Shown here: piece by piece, positions 25,446 through 36,449 of the stretch
How positions within the stretch are numbered: the stretch's first letter is position 1
Layout: every line of letters starts with the position of its first letter
Assembly (NCBI GenBank): GCA_001643675.2
Contig: LSRY02000012.1
Coordinates: forward strand, 310,001-374,000
Reading direction: 5' to 3'
DNA: 64,000 bases
Source of the DNA: Monocercomonoides exilis PA203
Taxonomy: Eukaryota; Protista; Preaxostyla
Program-made: the position numbers and the translations under genes
The notes under the pieces: generated by a model
Told to the model about the DNA's origin: nothing
The model's database searches: none
Seen by the model: only the letters and a program-made list of their open reading frames with translations

Positions 25446-28400
25446 TAGATTCACCAGTTGTGAAGATTGAAGGAGAAGAGAAAGGAAGGATTTTGAGGAT
25501 TGAAGAAGAAAAGGAAACAGACGGAGAAAATGGAGTGGCAATGATATCATCAGATGTTCATCTTTCATTCGTTAACTTATCATTCAATTTGCAGAGTGAA
25601 TTGGGGAAGCATTCATCACTCATCACGATATAATCATCATTATCATCCTTAGCAACACTATCAATAATGAGCTGTTCGTTTGCTTGTGAAGATAAAGAGA
25701 AAAAGACGAAATATTGTGTGTTGAAGGAGTGAAGAGGATGTATTGTGATTGATGAATTTGTTCTTACTCACTTCAATCTGGCAAAATGTTTTTTGGAGTT
25801 TGGAGCAGAAGTGGAAGTGATTGATGTGATGAATGTGTCTGCTTCGAACACAATGATTTCAGGAAGGAGTCTGATATCGCTGAGTCAGCCATTGCTATCA
25901 AGCATGTTGATCGACAAAGCAAGAGAAAACGCAAAACAAAGAGTGAGGGTGAACAGCTCCTCATTTGTGAACATCACATGTTTGGAGAACAGAGCGTGTG
26001 CGTTGAGCGTGGGATCGTTCTCAGTCGGGATGGAGTGTGCGGTGGAAGGGTGTGTGCTGACGAAGTGCATGAGCGAGAGAAGCTTGGAAGGAGGAGGGAT
26101 GAAGATGCTGATGAAGAGAGGAGAGTCGGAAGTGAAAGTGAGTGGGTGTTCATTTGGGATGTGCGTGTGCTCAACAGGGAATGGAAGGGGAGGAGGGATA
26201 ATGATTGATGCACTCGATCCAAATCGAGTGCCAGATCAAATGCCAGCATCGCCACTCGGGCTGAGAATGGAGAACATCCGATTCATGATGAATGATGCAT
26301 TAGTGGGAAAGGATGTGTTCATCCGATGTGACTTGATTGAGTTGCAGCTGAATGAAAGGCTGTTTGGACTGGACTTCAGCCAGGAGGCACTGAAGTTAAA
26401 CAACTCGATGTGTGAGAGCGATGGAGAAGTGAATATTGATGTTGATCTGATTCCGTTGATCACATTTTATTATTCTTCACAGGTGTTTGTGTGTGTGAAA
26501 GGGAGCGACAGTATGCAATGTGGAAGACAGGATGCACCATGTGAGAGCATTGGAAATGGAGTTCAACACATTCAAGGAGGCATTGCGATAATGATAATTA
26601 TTGATGGAGAAGGGATGATGGGAGAGGAATGTGTGATTGGGGATGTGAGGATGGTGTCGATGGGGAGGGAGAAGGCGACAGTGCATTTTGAGGGGAAGAT
26701 GGAGGAAAGAGGAGAAGAGAGGAGCGTAATGGTTTTTGTGAATGAGAGCGTTGTGGAGAGGTGTTTGTTTGTGTTTGGAAGTGAGTTTGAGGCAAATCAC
26801 AAGTTCGTTTTGAAAGTGAAAAACGGATCAATGGAGATGCGAAGTTGCGAGTATATTTCATCTGCTGTTGAGCTGAAGTTGGACAACACGATTGTGATTA
26901 TGGAAAGCGGAGAATTGAGAATGTGGGAAATGGAATTCAGCAGTTTGCATCTGAGAGCACCATTGATTGTGTTGTGTGAAGAGTCGAAAGTGTTTTTGGG
27001 AGAAACAAACATATGGAATGTGACGTGTGAAGGAGATGCAGCTGTTGTTGTTGTTGGAGGGAAAGCAGAGCTTGAGATGAAAGAAATGAGCTTTGAGAAT
27101 ATTTCACTGTTGACGAATGGATGTATGTTGGTGATTGATGGAGCAGAAGAAGAGATACGAGTGACTAATTGCTCGTTTGAGAAATGCGTGAATATGAATG
27201 GGAAAGGAAGCATGATGGAGATGAGAGAAAGCAGGGAAGTGCAGTTTGAGGCATGTTTGTTTGATGGAGAAAGAAGCGAAGAAGGAGAAAAGAAAATCAA
27301 TGGGAAAACGAATGAGGAAGAAGAGATGTGCAAATGGTCTGGATCTCTTGTGAATATTGCAAAGAGTTCTGTTTTCATGAAAGTTTCAACAATCACAAAT
27401 TCACCAGAAGGTGAAATAACAATGAGTGGAGAAAGAATTAGAATAAAAACAGAAAACATTTAACATTATTTATTGAGACTTCTTCATTTTGCAGAAACTG
27501 CAATAATCAAATTCTTTTGTTGCAAATTTTATGTTGTTATTGTTTGAAATTGTTTTGATAGAGCTTCATGTTTATAAATATCTTATTCATTTTTGCTTGA
27601 TGTTTCATTCACGATTTTGAGGATAAAATGATTTAAATATTATTGAAAAAGACTTAATAAGAATTATTTCAAAAGTAGTTTCACAATTTGAAAAATTTAT
27701 ACGCTTAACTCGCTTTTCATTGTTTTAATTAAAAACTTTTCTATTTAAATCTGTAACATGTAATTATCAACGAAAATATGAAATGAATAAAATAATGAAC
27801 TTTTTACAAACAAATTCTCAATTATTCTCAATTCAAAATGATTTGGATACCTTTTAAGATTTATAAAACCAAATAATTTCCCGTTTCAATGCATTTAAAA
27901 AGAGAAATTCCGAATTAATAGTTATAAACAAGTGAACATATGTAAGTTTTTCAAAGATTCAAACAAATTTATCACTATTTATTCGTTAGAAAGTTTTGCC
28001 AATGTTTTTCGAGCCATTGCAACCTTATTTGAAATTAAAAATTTGCAGCTTTAAAACATTCAAGCGAAAAAAAACATGATAATCTGTTTGAAAAAAGGAG
28101 CTGTTTTTAAAATAAAACAAGTGGGCATATAATTATATACTTATTTTAACACATAAAAGCGAACAAACCACAAACTTTTGAGTTCGATTTCTGCTCAAAC
28201 AGCATATTTTACTTTTCATATAATAAATAAATTTATTGTGGGTTAGATCAAAGTCATTTTATTAAATTTTTTATTTTCAATTTATGTTTTTGTGATGAAA
28301 ATAAACAAATAAAATAAATTTATATTATAATAAAAACACATTGGATGTCCAAAAATCACATTTTCTTTTCAATTTGAATATTTTTCTTTGAAATTCATGT

Positions 28401-28561
28401 TTTTATGGGTCATTTTTCAACAATCATTTTTTTCAACAAGAAAAATTTTTTTCGAAAAATCGGTCCATAAAAAGTTTTTTAATAATTATTATCTATTAAT
28501 TCGTTATAATTTGAGGGTTTAAAAACGCAAATTGCAAAAGGAACGCGTTTGAACCTATGCC
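23118..28561. mobile_element. Pack-type TIR element (5.4 kb), ~550-bp GGCATAGG-ended TIRs, 8-bp TSD GTTTCGCA
   Basis: 23118-23666 is the reverse complement of 28014-28561, near-identical except one ~65-bp patch; gtttcgca at 23110-23117 and 28562-28569. Confidence 0.97.
23876..27463 (+). pseudogene. Captured internal fragment of a large beta-helix-like (GGG/CxFxxC repeat) putative surface-protein gene
   Basis: ORFs 23876, 24122, 24431 and 25745 lie in one frame separated by stops; repeated GGGIM/GKNVF/DxxxCGxxxxPC modules; both ends abut AT-rich element sequence. Confidence 0.8.
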
Positions 28562-28569
28562 GTTTCGCA

Positions 28570-31500
28570 TCGAATTTCTATTCAGAAATAACTGAATAAA
28601 TGCTTTTTTCGGATCTATCTGCATCTCGTTAAAGTGAAAAGTGCGCAGATGTCTGGAATTTTATTGAGGAAAAATCCACTTATCACGCTGTGAAAATGTT
28701 GAAGTTCATGTTCCTTCACACAAATAAAGGAAAAAAGTTTTTCACAAAGATTCAGAAAATTTTTGATGGTTTGTTATTGGTTTTTTCATTTATTGAGGTT
28801 ATAACTTCCATTGTTCAAAATGGCAACTTCAGAAAAATGGAAATGTATTTTATAAAGAATAGCAAGTCTATATAATTCGGAGGACAACAAGCATGTAAAA
28901 GTGGCACTGTTGAAAACAGTTTGCCATGAATATAGCTTCGATCAATTGGAGAAGTATGGATTTAATTGCACAATAGGCAATTATAAATATGCAAAACAGA
29001 GCTCCTCGAATTTAAGTTTCGATGTTTCTCAAAATAAAAGGCAATCTTTTAATAACACAAAATCAAGTTTGTTGGTTCAAAATGCAATTTAAAGGATTAT
29101 TTCGATTCATCAACTTATTCTATTGTTTAACTCAGAATTAAGTTTTGAAGATGAAATCAAGTTTGAAAAATTCATTATGACCAACTCAACAGAATCTTCT
29201 GAATGTTCAAGATTTGAGAAAAAATACAATAAAAGTTTGTCATATTTGTTAATAAATTAAAAACTTCATATTTTTTTCGATCATAAATCTTTTTTGAAAA
29301 AATCAGAGAAAAAATCACTCGAAACTTATAACGACGATTTCATAATTTTGAATTGTGAAGATTTGCATGAAAAAGACGTTGATCCACTTCGTAGCTTTTT
29401 CGAATCAAATTGAACTGTTTCGAACAACATTTCGGATTCATTTGCAGATGATAATGTGCAAGGACAAATGGAAGATGATAGTGACAATGATTTATTCTTG
29501 GACGTTGATAAAACAGATGATATCGACTCGATTGATCATTCTTCCATCAGAACGAGCAAACAAATTGAGTGTTCTTGCAATGGAACACAAGAAGCGCAAT
29601 CATTTTCTCAAATATCAGACATAGCAATGGATATTGAATTACCTTCAGATGAATCATCCAGAATTATTCATGATGATTCAAATACTTGTGATGTGATTTC
29701 CATCTCTGAAGAAAATGAAATTATTGTTGATATGGTTGATACACAACCATTTATGGATTATTGTCCATTTACACCTTTGCCAAACATTGGAAATACCTGT
29801 TGTGTTGCATCCTTGGTTTAACTGTTTCGATCATTATTTCAACGATGTGGTCAATTGAAAAGGCGAGTGGGGAAGTTCGCTCAAATATCATTGAATCTTC
29901 ATTCTCTTTGCGCACCTGAAATAATAATGGACAAAGCTCGAAACTCGAAAGAAGAAGTGAAATGGACGAATGAATTCTTCACTCGTTGGTACAAGAAAAA
30001 CAATCTATCAATTGGTTGCCAACAAGAATTGTACTGTGTATTCGCAAAGATGTTTCAAGATTTAACATCTGTGACACCAGAACTGAATAATTTAATGAAC
30101 ACAACAATCTGTTATCCAAGAACATGCACGATTTGCAAAGAATCCTTCAATGGAGCATCAGAAACAACTCCAATAATCAGGGTTCAAGGATCCAGCATTC
30201 GTGATGCATTGAATAATTCCTTTGAACTTGATGAAAACAATTCGAATAATCGCAAAGCCTTTTGTTCCAACTGTGATGCTGACACTTATCATTTATCTAA
30301 ATTCAAAATTTCTCACTTCCCTCGATTCTTGACTTTTTCACTTGAACGAATAACTAACCAAAATTTAGAAAACTACAAGATTCATTTATCATTGTCATTC
30401 TTCAATGAAAAAGGACATCAGAAGGTGAGTGACATTACAACAAAAGATGGAGACAATTATTCACTTATATCACAACTGTTTTTCACAGGAAATGACAACA
30501 ATGGTCATTTCTTTTGTATTTGCAAAGAAAGAAACAAATGTTCTCAAGATTCCTCAATGATAAATGATTCATGGTTTTTATGCACCGATGGAACAGTGTC
30601 AAAAATATCCAATGAAATTTCAACAGAATTTACTTATCATTTGGCAAATGGAGCAAAACCATATATATCTGTTTACGAAAAGATAGAAAAGAGTGTGAAT
30701 GATAACATCAGCAATGTGTTATCTCCAAACTTGATATCAACAGTTGTTCATAACGAATTGAATTCGAGAGATAACAGAAGCATTAATCAATCATTTCTGA
30801 ACCTGAATGAGGACGAACAAATAACACCGTTTATTCAATCAAATAGTGATTCCTCTTTTGCCAACGATATCGGAGATTCATTTCAACTTCCACCCAACTC
30901 AACATTTCACTCATCTCAGCAATTAACCTCAACATTTCAACATATCAATTCCACATATTCTGCTTCAACTCAAACATTTCAGTCAGCACCTTTAACTACA
31001 AACACAAATAATAAACATAAATTATCTTCAACTGTTTTCCATCCTTCAATTTCTGACATTCCAGCTCATTCTTCCAATTATTAAAGAAAACCAAAAAAAT
31101 CTGTCAGATTAATCAACACATCGAAAGTCAAGCTGTTCGAAAAGATGAAAGATGAACTTGATATAGAGATGTCGCTAAGCACATTTTATAAGAGGACAAA
31201 AAATCTCAAAAAGGCAAAAAAAAGAAGTGATCTTTGCGACTTGTGTGTCACTTTTGAAAGTTTACATAAAAAGAAGAATTTCCTCAAGGCAAAAAACGAA
31301 ACTTTATGTGAGAAAGATCAATCAACATTGAAATTAATCGAAGATCATCGTAAACTAGCTAGACATCAACAGCTTTATTTCCGTCAATTGAAGGATAACT
31401 TAAACTCAGATGAAGCTTTGATTCTATTTGATTTTAAAGAAAATTGGTCCCTGCCAAAACGTAAAAATCAAATTTGCAAAGATTTCTATGAAAAAGTTGA

Positions 31501-32350
31501 AGTTTCTCAACTGTGTGTTATTGGATTCATCAAAGATGAGAAAGGCAACTTGGTCAAACACATATTCAACTTTTTTTCAAACACTCTATCGCACGATTAT
31601 CGCTTTTCAATTGGTTGCCTTCAAGAAGTGTTAAATCACCAGTTGTTCAGTCAGAAAGATTGTTTTCATTTCATATGCGATACAGGCCCCCACTTCAGAA
31701 ATTCCTTCCTTCTTCACTATTTGCTGTCAGACAATTCTTCATTTGCAAAAGGGAAAAAAACTACTCTATCATTTTTCTGCGAACACCACGGAAAATGCGA
31801 ATGTGATGGAGAATTTGGCCATTTATCAAAATGCATTCAAAATGAGCTTGACGATGAAACAGTTATGGAAAATGTTGATGATCTCATAGCGTTCTTTCAA
31901 AAAAATGCATCTCATTGTGCCTCATACAAAAGAAATTCTATTGATGGAAGAGAAAAGCTGCATCGTCACTTTTTAAGGTTTGAAATAACTTGTTTCGGTT
32001 TTAATTTCTTTAATAATATTTTTCATTGTTTATTCAATAAATTCTTTGTTTGAATCGACAACAGGTTTTATCCATCAAACAAAATACTTTGGAAAAAAAT
32101 GGAACTGAAAAATATGAAAACTTATTTATTTTATGAAAAGCGTGGAGGTGAAGTTTTCAGATCAGTCGCATCGCCATCCAACGGCAAAGGAAAATACAAA
32201 GTGCAGTTCGGAGAAAAAAGAGTTAGAGACGAGAGGCCTTTAAAAACATTTAAAACTCGAAACAAAACTTGCCAACCACACAGCGTGGGAAACAATACCT
32301 TAAGGTTGTTTGAGAACAGAAAAAAACTGGACAATCAGATTTTTAAATGA
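28570..32350 (+). pseudogene. Sola-like DDE transposase gene with an in-frame USP (peptidase C19) domain; intron-containing, disrupted by stops and by the 23118-28561 insertion
   Basis: Transposase motifs SDLCDLC...H, LFDFKENW, CDTGPHF and EHHGKCECDGEFG (31145-32053), last exon 32099-32350. USP motifs LPNIGNTC, QQE, CTIC/CSNC, GHFF, WFLCTD and PYISVY (29770-30680). ORFs 29456, 29855 and 31145 share one frame. Confidence 0.8.
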
Positions 32351-32475
32351 ATTTTTTTCATAATAATGTTGTTCTTTTTATTGATTCTTTTGAATTTGTT
32401 TTTATTCAAATTTTGTTTCTTGAGTTGTCTGTTGCTCAAGCTTTGAATTATTGTGAAAACAATAATTTCAAAGTA

Positions 32476-32604
32476 CCCTCTTTTGCGCCTGTGCAAAAAC
32501 ATGAGGGCTAGGCTGATTCCGTCCTGGGACTGTGCTGTGACCGGTCCAGCACAGTCCCTTGAAGGCTTTGGGTCCAGAATCAGCCTCCCAGGGCAGACGC
32601 TCTT
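32476..32604. other. GC-rich double-hairpin structured sequence 3' of the transposase
   Basis: Stems ccctc/gaggg with ttttgc/gcaaaa; aggctgattc (32510-32519)/gaatcagcct (32577-32586); gggactgtgctg (32526-32537)/cagcacagtccc (32547-32558); embedded in very AT-rich DNA. Confidence 0.7.
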
Positions 32605-33148
32605 GAAACAATTTTTGAAATAAAACAAATTTCATTTATTTTATTGAGTTCTTTAACAGTACTGTTAATATTACTAATTTTTGACCATTTTTTTCAATTT
32701 TTTTGTAGAAATTTATTGTTTGGCTCTTTTGAATAACAAGTTGTTATTAGATAAAATATTGTTTGAGTACAATTTTTTTGTTTTGAAAAAATTACTAAAA
32801 TACAAATGAATGAAGAAATAGAAAAGTGGATTTTTGATGTTTTCCATAAGAAAAAATAATCAGAAAAGTCAAACATTTAACAAAGAACAATATTTGAAAA
32901 AAATTATTTAACATTTGTAATTTTTAATGAAGGACCGAAAAAAAGGACGATTTTGATAAAAATGTGCCATTTTGTCAAGAATTCGTTTTCATCAACATGG
33001 ATTTGCAATATAATTCAAGAAAAATTTGTTTTAAAAAATGACAAGTCACTTAAAAATGACATCAGTGACGGGAAGTGCCAAAATAATCGAAAAATGACAA
33101 ATGATCAAAAAAAGTGACGATCAAAAAAGTGCGTATCTGAAAAATTCA

Positions 33149-35958
33149 TAGTTAGGGAAAAAACCCGCACAAAATTCGAAACTCGTGCACATGGGTTCAA
33201 AAAATAGTAATTTCTTTATGGATGACAAATATGTATTTCAAATCGCTCAATTATTTTCTCATTAAGTAAATTTTTACAGTTTTAAAAACATATTCTTTTT
33301 TTAAAGGGTTTCATCCCTTAAAAATTCAAATGGAACAGAAACAGTTTTTTTAAAGAATAATTTTTTGAGTGTTCAGTTATCGAAAGACTTCTTTTCCAAA
33401 AGTGTTTATTTTATTGCTCTTAGATTTCTTATTCACTCAATTGTTATTTATTAAACACTTTATTAATGTGTTTCTGAAACGTTTTAAATTTTTCATTAGA
33501 ACTTCATGTTTAACCGCAACATTTCGTGAATGAAAAAAAAATATTGAAACAAAAGCAAATACAAGCCATATTATTTCATATTTGGATTGTCTTTTTGAAA
33601 CATTTTTTCTTTTAAACATAAAGAATTTGAAATTTGAAACTTCGTTTTCTGCTTGTTAAAATATGGAAATCCTATTCTTTGGAAGTTTTCATTTGATATA
33701 TTTTTCTATTGTGTTCAGCTTATCCTTTCAAAAAATAATGAAATAATATATATTACAAATAAGGACAAAATTATAGAGATAAAAAAATGATTTCTTTAAA
33801 AAGGAAGTTTGTTTTCAATTATCTTTTTGCTGCAATTAAATAGTTTTGCTTATTCAATAAACAACTCTTTCCCACTCATTTGAAATTAATTGTCAATAAG
33901 TTGCATTGGTGGAATGCCTGATAATCGATACTGATCCTCTTGTTGAAATAAATGATTCCATCAAATATATAGAATTAAATATATCATCTTTTTTCGTTGG
34001 AAATGATATCTTGTTCCTTCATTTTTCGAAATATATTTTAAAATTCAGTTTTGTAGTTAAATTTTTAATGTTACAAGTTATCAATGCACATCCTCAAAGT
34101 TGTCTACAGAAAAATAAGAATATGTTCAACTGCAAATTTGATTTTGTAAATTGCTGTTTTTATCGTTTGCTATCACAAAATTGTTCAATGAAGATAATGT
34201 GGTTTTGATGAGCTTTCATTTGGAAAATTCATATTTTCACTGAGAAAACAACAAATGCCACATCATTTGACATTGCTTTTGCATTCTTCCGTATATCATT
34301 CAGAAAAGTTAAAATAATTTATGATCTATTTAACATGAGTCGTTTTACCGGTTTTGATTGATGAATAGTTTGTGAAGAATTCTGATGGAACAGATATCTA
34401 TTTTGCTTCCGTTATTCAAATTGATCCTAAATATTTAAATAATATTTTATCATTTTTCGGTTCAATTGATGAAATGTTTGTTTTTCAAGTTCCTCCTTTT
34501 CGCTATCAGCACTCACTTCAACAGCACAATGCAGTTTCTCTGATTCAAAATATGTATCTGTTCAGTCATCTCGTGCAACTTGCATTTGTGTGAATTATTG
34601 TAAGGAAATTGTTGATAAAATTTTCCATCCAGCATTCTGTCCTTGCAATACAGAAATTTGTTGTTGTTGGCTACATATGACTTGCTCCAAGAACAGTTCC
34701 GCCCATTCTTTTCACTCTTTTCTTGCTCATTGATGATCCTTGGATGATACAATAACGCATTCGAATTGCATCTCCTCCACTTTTACCAACAGAGAAATTG
34801 CTTCATACCAGTCCATAAACGTTCATTGATGAATATTCTACAAATGGAGCAAATGAATTCATCAAAAAAGTTAAAAAAATTCACAAAAACCTTCAAAATC
34901 GCAAAAATGTCCAATGCACTCGTTTTTCACAAGCTGACATATGAGCACACTGCAAACAGAATAGGCGCAATTTTCGTATTGCTCTTTCATTCGTATCTAT
35001 TAGCATTTTATTGGTTCGTTCTTTTCTCCAATCAAAAAAATCCTATTTATTACTTGAGGAAATTTGACATTCTGCATCACATGATAGAATTATTCATTTG
35101 CATTCTGCTTCGGAGTATAAATTTAAACAGTTTATTTCAAGAATTGATAATTATCAAAATTTGAAAAAATGAATTTATTATATAATTAACAAAATCAAAC
35201 TTAACAAATAATTATCCCTTGATTAAACAAACTCATTTAAAGGATATGGATGTTCACAAATACCCAACATTATGGCATAAATAAGAAAAGTTTATTTCCA
35301 GATTTCTTATCAATTTTTATTTAATTTGTGGTAAATGAAACCATAAAATATATTTAACACTTTTTTGTTTTTTGGATTTATTATCTCATTCGAAAACAGA
35401 GAAATCTGCATTCAATTGAAAAGATATCGGTTTGTTCTAATTATGTTTTGCATACAGTATCATTTATTTCAAAATTTAAATTGTATTTAAACAGGATCAA
35501 CATTGTTTTTGTTCAACTGGTTTTTTATCAAGATTATCTGTAATGTTTTTGAACTTTTTCCATATTTTCGAATCCTTATTGAATAACGATTTTGATTCAG
35601 TTGTGATCATTGTTTTATATCAACTCAAATTGCTATATTTTCACATCAAACATGATTTTTAAATAGTAATAATAAAACAAAGAAATGAGATAAATATATA
35701 ATATTTAGAGCTTTGTATAAATATATTTAATATCAAATCCAACTCAAACAGTTTTCATGAAATTTCAATTTGAATATTAAAAATCGTTCGATCGATATTT
35801 CCATTTTAGAACAATTTTTTATTAAAATGGTGAAAATCACCTTAATACACAAAGTTGATTCACGAATTGACGCAGTTTCATATTTCCATAATTGACAAAG
35901 AATTTTTTGAACTGTTGTGCAGAAGTTTTTTCCCCAAAGTGGGTTTTTTCCCTAACTA
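33149..35958. mobile_element. 2.8-kb TIR element with a perfect 18-bp TIR and a short TSD (TCA, or AT if the ends are 1 bp further in); degenerate interior
   Basis: tca|TAGTTAGGGAAAAAACCC (33149-33166)...GGGTTTTTTCCCTAACTA (35941-35958)|tca; decayed minus-strand coding-like sequence inside. Confidence 0.7.
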
Positions 35959-36449
35959 TCATCAACTTTTCCATAACGAAAATTTTTCAAAAGTTAATTA
36001 TTGAAAATTAATTTATCAGCAAATAGCAGAAATATTGTTATGAAACTGATAATATTTCAATATATAAAAAATGCCTTTGTTATCAAAATGAATAAATTTT
36101 CTCGTTTTTAAAAAATGACATTTGAATTTTTGATTTGTCAGTCACTTTTAAAAATAGGCTCGTCACTGGCGGGGTGACGAGGAGGTTTAACGCTAACCCT
36201 AAAACCAAAACCAATCTATTAATACAGTGATTATTTTTGAATTTTGACCCTAAAAATAAAAAAATACTGGGTCAGATCAAAGCTGCCCCGTTCTCTGTGA
36301 ATATGCCAAAATCAAAATTTATTTGTAAAAAAAATATTTTTTAAATACACATAACTATTACAAAATGAAGTTATTATGAATGAAAGGAAGTCATTCAACG
36401 GGAAACGTAAAACAACACTATTAACAAAAACCAGAAAAAAAATTTTTTT

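Larger units (their letters stand above)
11044..36307. mobile_element. Giant (25.3 kb) cargo-carrying TIR element; 19-bp TIR GG(T/C)ATATTCACAGAGAACG; 8-bp TSD AAAATCAA
   Basis: 11044-11062 ggtatattcacagagaacg vs 36289-36307 cgttctctgtgaatatgcc (18/19 inverted match); aaaatcaa at 11036-11043 and 36308-36315. Both ends share subterminal TAACCCTAA and GTCAC motifs, and intact housekeeping genes resume just after the right end. Confidence 0.85.

Noticed and set aside
33900-35164. Helitron Rep-like motif (FLNDIRKN) in the nested element
   Set aside because: Single weak match; no HUH or helicase motifs, and TIR/TSD ends argue against a Helitron.
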